Below, piece by piece: positions 1-11,121 of a DNA stretch of 64,000 bases. The stretch covers positions 3,844,001-3,908,000 of the forward strand of contig OU015568.1 in assembly GCA_907165135.1 (NCBI GenBank). The letters run 5' to 3'. The stretch comes from Oikopleura dioica (Eukaryota > Animalia > Chordata). Each line of letters begins with the position of its first letter. Position 1 is the stretch's first letter. The translations under genes were made by a program, and so were the position numbers. The notes beneath the pieces are model-generated. The model was not told where the DNA came from. It ran no database searches and worked only from the letters and a program-made list of their open reading frames with translations.

Positions 1-58
1 ACAGTGAAGGGTAAGAAAAATATTTTTTATTCTCGATTATAATTTTCATTAATTTAAG

Positions 59-709
59 ACGTTCTCGTCCATCAACACCAGAAGGATCGATTCTATACGA
101 TCTTCTGACAACCGGGAGATCAAAAGCTTCCGGAAATAGCTCTGCTAGTCAAGCTGCCTTCAAAAATACCCTCGGTAGTGATTTTCTTAAATTCCTTTTT
201 CAACCCTTTTTTAGACGAGTCGATCAACTATCTGATCCGAAAATGCACCTTCCTGAAAATCCCCTCCCCGAACAACTTCAACTCATCCGCCGTGACTGGC
301 TCTGCGTCTTTCTTATCAAATGCGCTCTCTCTGGTCTGACCCCAAATCTTGGACTCAACGACCCGAAAGAGCGGGAGATCTACGCTGAGTTCAAAAACAT
401 GACAGAATTGTAAGTCCTATCAACCAAAGCTCCTCATCATCAAAATCTTCTAGCGTTCAAAACAGCGAAGCGACAGAAAACGAGTTGACAGACATCATAT
501 CCGCAGTTGTCTTCAACGAACGCTCTCTCCAACTCTCCCGCCTGTCGCAGCAGCACCAGCTCCAACTTGGTAATATCCTTCTTTGCGTTTCTGAGGCGAG
601 AAGAATGGACTCCCAGCTTCTTTCCTCAGCTCTTTTCAAAGATGTTGAGCTCCCGACTCGACGAACAATCACCTTTCTCCAACAACTTGCTTCGGCAAAA
701 CATATGTAA
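59..709 (+). CDS. Nuclear receptor ligand-binding domain, 3' part of a gene that starts before the window; NR0B (SHP/DAX1)-like or divergent NR2
   Basis: Three spliced exons give SRPSTPEGSILYDLLTTG...LDESINYLIRKMHLPENPLPEQLQLIRRDWLCVFLIKCA...FVQNSEATENELTDIISAVVFNER...LGNILLCVSEARRMDSQLLSSALF, following the helix 3-11 pattern of nuclear-receptor LBDs. GT-AG introns at about 177-214 and 411-454. Confidence 0.6.
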
Positions 710-1808
710 AATGCCCTTCAAAAGGCTCTTTTACTACATTCACTGACGATTCAGATCTTTATATCTGATGATTATGCTTTCTTTTTCCTCCCCAAAAAGG
801 GGTCATTCTAGAGCGATAAAATGTCGAATGACTGATTTTTTCCTTATTCTTGCTAGCAAACAATTTTTTCAAACTCTACCGACCCCAGGAATTTTCGAAA
901 ACAACGCTCTTTCAACAATTTATATCGCTCTGAATGACTCCGGAAATGCTCCCCTCTTTAAATTTTATCTGTCCATCTGTACACACTGGTGAGCGGTTGA
1001 ATGTCAGTTGGGCTATGCCTTCTTATGCAAACTCTGAGCAATGCTTACTTTAATCACATGTTTACCAGACTTTCCGTGGAATTTCTTTCCGCGGGATTTT
1101 GTTTTTATCTTTTTCCGACAAATTGAGAAGGGTCCAAGGTCATTCAAGTGCGAGCCAAAATAAATAAATGTCTCTCATTAGATTGTTACGCATTACTATT
1201 TATTTTCAAGAACGGAAAGAATTTGAAAGTGATCTAGCAAACTACATTAATTCATTGATGTCAGGAAAATAATTGGTTCAAAGAAAAAGGAATCATGCTT
1301 TCCAATTCTTTCAATATTAATTAAGTCGTCCCCGTCTTTTAACTCAGTTGATCACTAAAGTTGCCACTGCAGATTTAAAAATTTTGAAAAATAAAATTCG
1401 CAATGAATCAACATTTCCTAAAATGAGTCGAAATATTATTTTATCACTGTTTGTTTCTCCGGGGAAAACATAAATACAGTTTTCCACAAGAATGACAGAT
1501 CCGGCGAAAAAACTCTTAAAATTCAAATTATTCGTGAAAGAACTATTTATATTAACCTGTTTTAAATATCCTATTAATTTCCAAAATTTGTCGCCAAGCA
1601 CCCAAATTTCTTTCGAAGGATAATTATCCCAGCCACTTTTGCCTCCTATCGTTGCGATTGATCCCGATGGAAGTCCAACAACACAATGCGCATAGACAGT
1701 ACTGAATTTGTACTCCACAATAAAATAAAATAAAATAAAAAATAATCTTTATTTTCTAGATAAAATTCGACGTTGTCGATTTAATCAACTTGATTAGGCA
1801 GTATTTCT

Positions 1809-1980
1809 CGGTTAGCGGACATCATAAACAAACAGACATTATAAACAAACGGACATTATAAACAACGGACATTAAAAACGTTTTAAATTTTGTTTTTAAT
1901 GTCCGTCCGTTTATAATGTCCGTTTGTTTATAATGTCCGTTTGTTTATAATGTCCGTTTGTTTATAATGTCCGTTAACCG
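1809..1980. mobile_element. Foldback MITE whose arms are tandem 17-bp units (ACGGACATTATAAACAA)
   Basis: Ends CGGTTA...TAACCG; the two arms are inverted arrays; flanking direct repeat TATTTCT at 1802-1808 and 1981-1987; lies in an intron. Confidence 0.85.
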
Positions 1981-2530
1981 TATTTCTTATAAGTTACCCT
2001 GGATTGCTAGGAAGGATTTTCCACCCGTCTTCAGTTAGGACTTCCGTGGCCCCTCCGTTCATAGAAGGATAATCTTGACCGCCAACAGTGGTTGGCCGCC
2101 CTTTATAATAACCAAGTGGACCATTTGTGTGTGCGTATCTTGTTTTAAACTCGAGAAAACGAACAGAAGTGCCATTAAAAATCTCACAGGTTCGTTGAGA
2201 ATTTCTATAAAATCCTGGATTCTCAAAACAAACAAGAGCTAAAAGAATAAAAAAGTTCTTGGCCTTTCAAATAAAAGCTTTGAAGATAACCAGCACCAAA
2301 CCTTCCTTTTCCTCGGAGATCGACAGAGCCGAGCTTCCTGTTGAATATTTCTTTTGAAGGTAAAATCTTAAAGCTCTGAGCTCGCCTTGGTCAATCTTAA
2401 GAATCTTTCAGAATGACCAACTTATTAATATTGCTATTTTTTCTTACTTGAGTTCGCCCGAAGCCCCCAAAAGATGCACTTGACCATTGATCAGTGCAGG
2501 TTTTGTTCCATAGATCGTCACACGATTTCC

Positions 2531-2872
2531 TTAAGGACCCGCCCGTCAGCTTTTTTCTTCGAAAAACGGATTTTTTTGAAAACACCATATTTTTGGTTCT
2601 TAATGCCTCCTCAGTTTAATCTTATTTCAAAAATTTGATATGAGAAATTTTTGACCAAGAAAAATCAATATTTTTGTCAAAATTAGGGCAAATTCGTCAA
2701 TTTTCGGGAAAAGTCGAATTTTCAAATGCTATTTTGGGGCTGAAGAAGTCTAGTTAGACCCCAAAAAATAAAGCCTCAAAGTCGTTCTTTGACCCGTAGA
2801 ATCAATTTCCGGGGTCAAAATTTTAAAATTCCGAAATTTCTTTTTCGAAAAAAGCTGACGGGGGGTCCTTAA
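2531..2872. mobile_element. TTAA-flanked (Kolobok-like) MITE
   Basis: TTAAGGACCC(G)CCCGTCAGCTTTTTT ... AAAAAAGCTGACGGGGGGTCCTTAA; TTAA on both sides with RR...YY termini; a related copy in reverse orientation at 19580-20037. Confidence 0.85.
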
Positions 2873-3656
2873 GTAAAGAGAAGTATTTTTATAAATTTGA
2901 TGGAACCTGCCTGTTTCTTTATCCATTATAATCATTTTTATTTTTGCGTCTTCATCTATAGAACCGTCACCAAAAAGCGCGTACTGTTGAGCAAGTGCTC
3001 TTCTCTTCTTTGTAAGTTCAGTCGAGTCAATATGTATTGGCAAAATGACATGGATCTTATTCGGTAAATGCTCGAAGAAGTAAACGTTTTTGATTTTGGT
3101 CTCGTCGTCGAATTTAAAAGCTCTGATCCTTTTTTCTTTCATTGTTCGAAGCCCCTTTATTGTTCGCTTAGCACTCTTTCTTCGGTAAGGATGTTGATAA
3201 TCAACGAATAGAAGTGATGAGCCGTCTGTGATATCAAAAACAAATTCAAATGATGTCCAGTCATAACTCAGAGGTGATTTAAAGAAGATGGCTTTTTCGA
3301 AAAAATCGGATTTTATTTCGATCGAGCTATTTTTACAAATATAAATTTCAAAAATTGATTTTTCGTTAAAAGATCGAAATTCCAGGATTTTCGCAGGATC
3401 ATTTTTGTTCATCCTTTTCTGCGAAGACTCAAGAAATATTATCAATAATTTTCCTTAATTGCCGGTCTGAGACTTCTCCTTTATTTCAAGATGAAGCTTT
3501 TTCGTTTCATTAAAATTGACTTTGAATGAAGAAATGTGGAATAAGGACTCATCGAAAGATGCGAAAGGAAAATTCGGAATAATTGCCATTGGATAGGGTG
3601 GTGCCAAGGAACTTGCTTTTTGAGGCCTGATTGTCTTGTTGCCTCTCGTTTCCCGG

Positions 3657-4075
3657 CAGAGTTGCAAATTTGCTGAGCTGAGTGAGCTGAGCTGGCTGAG
3701 TGAGTTGAACAGTCGCTCAGCTCAGCTCAGCTCAGTTATTTTGGAAAATGATCTGATCTGCTCAGCTCTTCTCAGCTCAGACCATTTTCACTCAGCTCAA
3801 GCTGCTCAACTCAGCTCAGATCAATTATTTTCGAACATGATCTGTTCTGCTAAGCTCAGCTCAGCTCAGACAATTTTCACCTTAATCAGCTCAGTTCAGC
3901 TAAGTGATTTGAATACAATTTGACTACGAAAAAACAGTAAAAATAGGGTCCGCTCAGCTCAGCTCAGCTCAACTCTATTCAACAAAAGGTCTGCTCAGCT
4001 CAGCACCGCTCAATGACCTCTGAAAAAAGCCAGCTCAGCTCAGCTCAGAAGAATTAATTAAAATTTGCAACTCTG
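3657..4075. mobile_element. hAT-like MITE filled with (AGCTC)n repeats
   Basis: 15-bp TIR CAGAGTTGCAAATTT / AAATTTGCAACTCTG; exact 8-bp TSD TTTCCCGG at 3649-3656 and 4076-4083. Confidence 0.9.
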
Positions 4076-4318
4076 TTTCCCGGTAAAACCCACTTTTCCA
4101 TAAGTGAAAAATATCTTTATTTGGTTTTTGTCAAGCCTTGACTGATTGAGGAAATTTACGGATCTCTCCAACAGCGTTTTTAGCAAAGTAAGGGAAGACA
4201 TCGACATGGAATTTAAAAAATGGGTTGCTGGTCACGTGGATTTTCTTCGCTGATTTTTGCTGCTGGAAATCAAGCTCTATTTGATCTTATTGAAGTATCG
4301 AAAAGTGATTTATTTCGC

Positions 4319-5496
4319 TTATATAATATATAATAAGGAAATCAAACGTATTGATAATTGATCCTTTCCAAAATCAAAATGAATTTCAAAAGTTGTATCA
4401 AAAACAACATTTTGAAGAAAGATCCGGTCGTTGTTCAAAAATACATTAATAAAATACTCACACTCATCATTATTGGTTCCAAATGGACTTGAATAAGCAA
4501 GATCATTTGGTGCGTACAAACCGGATAAGCATTTGGATGATTGTTCGTATTCGACCAGAGATCCAATCCACTCGCTTCCAAGCGTCAAAAATTTTCCTTC
4601 TTTCTCGAGTAACAAAGAATATTGCATGTTTGAGAGCTCAATGCTTCTCGTGACCAAAATGAGCATAAGTTGACCAAGGTCGATCTTTTTACGATTTACA
4701 GAAAGTGTTGAAATAATTAGTCAATAAGGACCCTAAGTTATTCTTTTCAAATCAATTCCAGAGGAATCACATGAGCCGGATCAAAGTCTCGGAACATCTC
4801 AGAAAGCGCAATTTCGTCTTTGCGCCACCCTTTTTCCATTTCCTCCGTTGACCGGATTGAGTTCAGTGCCACTGTCCTTGAAAGAGTTATCCATTTTATC
4901 CCAAGTCTCAAGCTCATAAGATAAAATGTCCCGCCGAAGCTGATCGAAGATGTTCTTGCATTGAAATGGTTGCTCGCGATGTATCCTTTATTATCATTTG
5001 CGGCAGTACTTTTTATCATTTTTACCTTGAGCAGTTTCGAATCTCTTAAGATTATAATCTGGGGCATAATAATAGCATTTATCTCTCCGGTTTGTCGGAG
5101 AACTTATTATGGTCAATTGAAAGTACAAAATTGATTGATAAAAAAATGATATCTTCTTTTCTTAACCATTTTCAAATGACAACAACAGGAAAAATAGTCG
5201 TGTTCTTCTCTTTGTTTCTTATTTTTATTTCGTGAGTTCCGATCGACGAGAAGAAATGAAACTCGAAATTTCCATTACTGTAAAATTGTTATTTTTGTCT
5301 TCAACTTCAAATACCTCTCGTGGATGCGGTTTTTGATAAAAAGAGTGCTTGTACCATTTTCTCTTAGTCGCATCAAGCTTCCCCTCCGATCAACCAGGTA
5401 ATGCTCTCCGTTCAAAAAAGTTGTCCCAATTGCCTTATTCGTTTTTTGACTGAAGTTATTTTCTTTAAAGACAAAATCTTCTGAAAACTCGCTCAT
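4319..5496 (-). CDS. Exons of an uncharacterised gene, possibly a degenerate propeller-family member
   Basis: Three same-strand ORFs (4319-4666, 4747-5067, 5275-5496) separated by intron-sized gaps; IGTTFLNGEHYLV resembles a first blade of the neighbouring family. No firm homology. Confidence 0.3.
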
Positions 5497-5616
5497 GAGC
5501 GAAGCGAAGCGAATTCTCCGCTTTCGCTTTTGAAATTTTGATTCGCTTCGCTTCGCTTTCGCTATAAATTTTTGAAAAATTAAAGCTTTCGCTTTTCATT
5601 TTTTGCCAGACCCCTG
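5497..5616. mobile_element. One-ended MITE fragment with GCGAA/TTCGC subrepeats
   Basis: GCGAAGCGAAGCGAAT...ATTCGCTTCGCTTCGC hairpin followed by a hAT-like end CAGACCCCTG; no matching second end found. Confidence 0.45.
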
Positions 5617-5895
5617 GAAAGATGATTTTAAATAATTATATCTTCATCAATCTCAAAAACTTTCGTAATAATCGAAATCACTTAAAGGAGAATCGATCTT
5701 TATCGGGAAAATTGCAAATAAGCAAGAATAGAAGGCAAAAATATAATACTTTCTCGCCGACTTAAACCTGTCAAAAATAATAATTGCAAATTTCCCTTCA
5801 TAGTTGAGTTAATACTTTTTGTCAGATCGTAAAGGATAAGAGTATGTTTTTTCATCTTTGACTCTTTGTCTTTTCAGGATGGAGAGTTCAAGTGG

Positions 5896-5942
5896 AGGAC
5901 TCTCGCCCAAGTGGACTCCCGCCCAAAAGGACTCTCGCCCAA
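5896..5942 (+). repeat. Short tandem repeat, 3 x GGACTCTCGCCCAA
   Basis: Three near-identical units about 16 bp apart. Confidence 0.6.
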
Positions 5943-6019
5943 CTTGGAGAGTTCTCTTATAAAAATATGAGCTTCTGATCAGCGAGACAACACCTTATTT
6001 CTGCTACTTCTTTACTCTT

Positions 6020-7160
6020 TCAACCCTCTCCTTCTTCTTGATTTGTTTCTGAATAACTGTCACGACTGTAATCGCCTTTTTCCAGATCAAATACTGGAAT
6101 ATATTTCTGGTCCCTTTCAGTCTTTTCGCATTTGTAGAAAGGACATGGACATCCATTTTTGCAATAAATTTCGGACGGACAAACATCTCCTGCGAAATCA
6201 GAAGACCTTGTTAGCTCAAAACAAATTGACTCGCAAGGCGTGATTGGATGAGTCCTCGTTGATTTCAGAATCAGTGTGTTCGAGCAAAGGTGGCGGCATA
6301 CTTTCTGGTCGAGAAATTTTTTCTTTTTGCAGCGGCGAAGATTTACTTTGTTTTCATCATCGGAGAATTCCATCAGCTCAGTTTCTTCTTGTTTCATAAG
6401 CGATATCGGCTTTGGTAAGATAAACTCTTCTGTCACTTTGCATTGCCTCATCAAATGGCCGCAAAGGTCCATTGATTCTATCTTGACGCATTCTTTGTAG
6501 CTTCGGTGACAAGTCGAAGTCAAAAAAGTCGTCACCATTTTTGATTTCTCCAATGATGCGAAATTTGCTTTAAGTTATATATAAGTTTTTCAGCATATAA
6601 CGATTCATATTTGACACCAAAGATGGGGCTTATTTCAAACGAAAATATAATAATACGGTATTATTAATACCTATGAGCATGATTGTTATCCAGAAAATTG
6701 ATCCCAGTCCCAAATAAGTGTATTGCTGCTTATCGGTTGCGTTTCCATGTTCAGCAAGGCTCACTTTTTCCTTCCATGTTTTACTTTTTTCGAAATCAAT
6801 CTTTTGCGTGTGAATGCTTCGGGTTGAGAGAACTTCTTCGGTGAGTAGAATGACGCTGTCACCGACTTTTCTTAAAATTCCAAAGCATTCGCAGTCCATG
6901 CACTAGTACAATTCAATTAAAATAATTCCTTTTCGTTTCCAACGCTCGATTCAATTTAAGTGTGGCTTCAATACCTGAATTTTTATTTGATTAAATTGTC
7001 TTAAAGTCATCTCTCTTTCTTCCCCAAGGAACATATTTCCTATGCGAAAAATTTCCTCCTCGACTGGAGTTTTTTTTCTTCGCCGACCTGTTGGCTCTTC
7101 AATCTTTTGCGAAGTTGCCTCATCGTAAGGAAAAATCTCTGCCTCAATGCCCGACTGCAT
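6020..7160 (-). CDS. Uncharacterised membrane protein with a Cys-rich domain
   Basis: ORFs 6951-7160, 6630-6899 (hydrophobic LGLGSIFWITIMLIGI) and 6020-6553 (CHRSYKEC...C...CPSEIYCKNGCPCPFYKCE); a paralogous fragment at about 51440-51630. Confidence 0.45.
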
Positions 7161-7442
7161 CGAAAAGAAGTCGAATTCTTTTCTTCGGGTGCGCAGAATA
7201 AGATTGAACCCCGTGTTAAATACCCTCGTTATAACTCGTTACTCTTGAATTCAGTTTATACGAGGCAGAGAAACTAAGGAAAGAATGCTTTGAAATCCAG
7301 TTGGTATTCAAGGAGAGGAAGTCAAAATCTGACAGATTAAAATTAACCTTACAAAGAACCAATCAGTTGGAGTTTATTAAATGCCAAAATTCACGAGGAA
7401 AATAAACGTTCAGTCTCCTTGATTAAGCAAAAAAGGTCTTAT

Positions 7443-9387
7443 TTAAACGTCTGGGAAATGAATTTTTTTCAGAGTCTTTTTATTTATTTTTCCCATAGCG
7501 TTCTTCTCAATCTCATCAACTTCGACAAATACTCTTGGGATCTTGTAAGGCGCAAGATTTTCTTTGCACCAGGATTTAAGCTTCTCTTCGTTGATTTTAG
7601 ACCTCGAAACTATCACCGCTGCAATTTTTTCGCCAAAAAATTCGTCTTTAACTCTTAATGAAAATAGATCAGAAAGAAATTACAAACCTGGGATGGCAAA
7701 ACATGCAATTTCCTTGATATCATTGTGCTCAAGCATCACTCGTTCGATTTCTAGCGCGGATATTTTGTTTCCTCCAGATTTAATGATATCCACTGAAGCT
7801 CGACCCAAGATGTGAAAGTTTTCCCCATCAAATTTCACTTGATCGCCAGTCTAAGATATGGCTTTTATATGAGTTTAATCTGAACAATCGCACCTTAAAC
7901 CAACCGTCTTCTGTGAATTCTTCATCAGTCTTTTCTGGCAGATTCCAGTATTCTCTGAATAAACCCGCACTTTTGATTTCCAATTGACCTTGGACTTCTC
8001 TTCCATCCTCTTGAGAAATGATTTGATCCGTCTCGTCAGATCTGATGCGCGCTTGGACTCCAGTCTTTTTCCTTGGTTCAAATATACTCAAATCTGATTG
8101 ATCTTTTAAATCCGGCCTTATTAGCATTTTTGAACCGTTTCATTGGTAGTCCTACTCCTTCCCGCGAGCTGGTGTAGAGCGGCTGAGAGAGGCCCATGCC
8201 GAATTCGGTCATTCCATAGCGCTCAAGAAGATCTCGGTCAGTCAGGTTTTTCCATCGGTTATTCACTGGTTTCGGCATCGCGGCTGATCCGGAAACAACC
8301 ATTCTCATATGATCAAGGTCGAGTTTGTCTACTCCTTTCTTCACGGCCTCCTCCATCAGTTTGACATAAACCGTCGGCACTGCCATTAGAATATTCGCTC
8401 TCGGCTCATCTTTCTTCATCAAATCATCCAAAACATCCGCTGGATTGAACTTCTCATGCATTCTGAGACTTGCTCCGACGCTTGTTGGCGCTACCAGACA
8501 GTTCACTTTGTTCAGGATGATCCTTTTTTTCGAGGAAAAGAGCAATTGAAAAGTAATGATCCCGTTCCTAACCCGTGTACATGATGGAGAGGGAGGCAAT
8601 GAATAAAACAGTCGGATTCTGTGTACTTCCAATCGGATACTAATGTAGCTACTTGAGCAGACAGACTGCCACAAGTGTGAAGTGCACCTTTCGGTCTGAA
8701 TTCCGCGATATCTAATGTCCTGTTTCTTTTCGAAAACTTCCAAGATATGAAAGAGCAGTAGGGTTTGTCTTGTGAATAAGAGCTTACATCATCTATCACG
8801 TGGATACAGATAATATGCTTTCTGCCAAATTAATAAGAGAAATATTCAATTATTCAAAATTGAGCTGACGGAGAGTACCGTTAATTAAAGAGACCGTCGC
8901 ATAATGCCGTTAGATACCGCCGACCTGCCAGTCGTGCCCGATGTGTAAATCATTAATGCCGGGTCGGTGTGCTCTGGAGAATGAACTACCGGGACGAAAT
9001 CGGATTTTGGAGTCGTAAAGTCGATTGAGTGGTTCTGATTAGCGGCAGAAAGGATTGAATGGAAGGGATCAGAAGCGAACAAAACTGTTTGATTGGTCGA
9101 AAAAAAATTGGTCTAGACTTGCTTAGAAAAATAAGGGTATCTCACTGAGCTCAGGCAAAAAGACTACTGTAATTGCATTCTGTCTGAAAGACAGTCTAGT
9201 AGACATTTTCCGACCTTTGAACCTGAGGGACTTGCATCTTGAAGAACATATTCAATTTCCGGAACTGGACTTTTCAACGACAAGGGAACAGCAATAGCAT
9301 TGACTGACCACGCCGCCCAAAGACAAGAAATGTATTCGATGCCAGGAGTTGCCATGAACGCGAATCTGTCGCCGCTGCGAAGGCCAG
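7443..9387 (-). CDS. ACSF3: Malonate-CoA ligase (acyl-CoA synthetase family member 3); 5' end not resolved
   Basis: YTSGTTGRPKG AMP-binding motif, LPLHHVHGLVNCL, MVVSGSAAMP, LLERYGMTE, YWNLPEKTDEEFTEDGWFKTGD, GRASVDIIKSGGNKISALEIE, KNAMGKINKK; stop at 7443-7445. Confidence 0.9.
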
Positions 9388-11121
9388 CTGAAATTGAAAT
9401 TTAATTTGACAAAGATCGTCGGTGGCAAAGTGGCAGCAAATTGAAAGCAAAGCCGATTTTTAATTGAGCTGCTGGTTGATTATTTATTCAAATACCGCTC
9501 TGAAGAGACAGGGTCATGTTCCAATTTCGAATTCGAAATCTTTCAAAAGCCGCATGCGGCTCATTTTTGTCAATTTCTTTTTGTATATCAAGAAAATGAC
9601 CGTTCCTGTAATCCGCACGCCAAATACAGTGACTCTTCGTAAACCTCTTCATAATCGTAGCTCTTCAAATTGGTCCTTATTGTTTGAAGAAGAATATTTT
9701 TCGAAAATGTTTTTGAAATTTTTCGAACATCAGTTACTTACACCATATTATCAGACAAATTATAGCGAAGAATAATGCGACTGATAAATCGGTTCCTTTG
9801 GGTAGTTTCATGGATTTTCCTGCGTTACGTCTCTTGAAAATCTACTAAATGAGAACTGACCAATAGAAATTTAGGAAAATAGACTTGGTGAAACGGCCGG
9901 TATACCCTTAATTCTACGGCTTTTCGCACTTCAGGCTCGATGTTATGTTTTTTTGATGCTGATTATGACACATTCTTTAGTTTAACTTTATATATACTTA
10001 TAGATATAGCTACTTATCTAAGATAGTTATTAATAATATTATCGAAGAAAAACGGACGGTGATAGTATAGGTGTACTCATTGGTGTCCCCGCGCTCCTGA
10101 ATAATTTATCTAAGAGTATCGCATCAACTCTTATCCGCCTCGTACTCTTTTTTTATTTTTTACTTATTTTATTAGAGAACATTTTTTGGTCCTCAAAAGA
10201 TGGGTGTTTCTTCCATAGAAAACAATGCTCTAGGAAAATGAGTTAAAATGAAAAGTCCAATAATGAGCAATTGGATGTTAAAATTAAGAGGTTGAATTTC
10301 AACTCGATAAAAAGTTATTGCAATTTGCTATTTTGCTGTTGTTTATTCTTTAATAGGAATGGTTTTTGATGAAAATTAAAATAAAAAAAATTTTAAATTA
10401 AAAATGAAGATTTCTTCGTGAAAAATTACGCATAAATTTGAGGCAAAACCATCAAAGTCATAAGTTATGCCATGGCTTCAGGCAATATTTCTTCTGTTAA
10501 CGAACTAATAATTATTCTTTCTAGGGCATTGTATGCAGTCTTTCATCTGGTAGATGGTCAAATTGGCCCTGTAAATAATTTCAAGATTGGTTCTTCTAAA
10601 ATCTTAGGGAAAGGTTTCTTCTCAATTTGAGAGTACGATTAAAATTCGAGTACTTTGGGTTCAATAAAATTTTCAAATGAAAAACTCGTCTAGAGACGAT
10701 ACCCTTAATATTTTAATCTTCGATCGAAAGAACTTGGATAGAACCTAATTTAGATGACGAAAAAGTCAGTCACATGTCTTCACTGTACATTTTTATTTAT
10801 TCAGTATAAAATAAACTGTCATGCAAAATGATTTTATAGAAAAAATAAGCCCTACCAAATTTGGGCCTCCAAAAATGTCGAGTTTGTCAGCAGTGATTTT
10901 TATCTGAGGCTCTTCCAGACCTTTAGGAGAAAAAAAGAACAATTTACGGCCGCCTACTAACGGAGACTCCGAATGATGATGCCAATAATTTCGCTGTGAG
11001 CTAGTTTTTTAATCACCCAAATCCCTGACAACCGGTCCCAATCTGTCACTTATATCTTCTGAATTGACAAAATAGAAAGAAGAAAGAAAATGACCTTTGC
11101 ATATTTGACGGGAATCTGCAG

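Larger units (their letters stand above)
1247..3445 (-). pseudogene. Divergent kelch/beta-propeller-type gene interrupted by MITEs (possible pseudogene)
   Basis: Exons give PALINGQVHL(F)GG, SSALSISEEKEALVCF, CEIFNGTS...LGYYKGRPTTVGG...GWKILPSNPG, AHCVVGLPSGSIATIGG...WKLIGYLKQ: repeated GG blades with W. A TTAA MITE lies in the coding region and there is an apparent 1-nt frameshift at 2469-2472. Confidence 0.55.

Noticed and set aside
3636-3923. 95-aa Ser/Ala/Gln/Leu ORF
   Set aside because: It is a translation of the (AGCTC)n interior of the hAT-like MITE.
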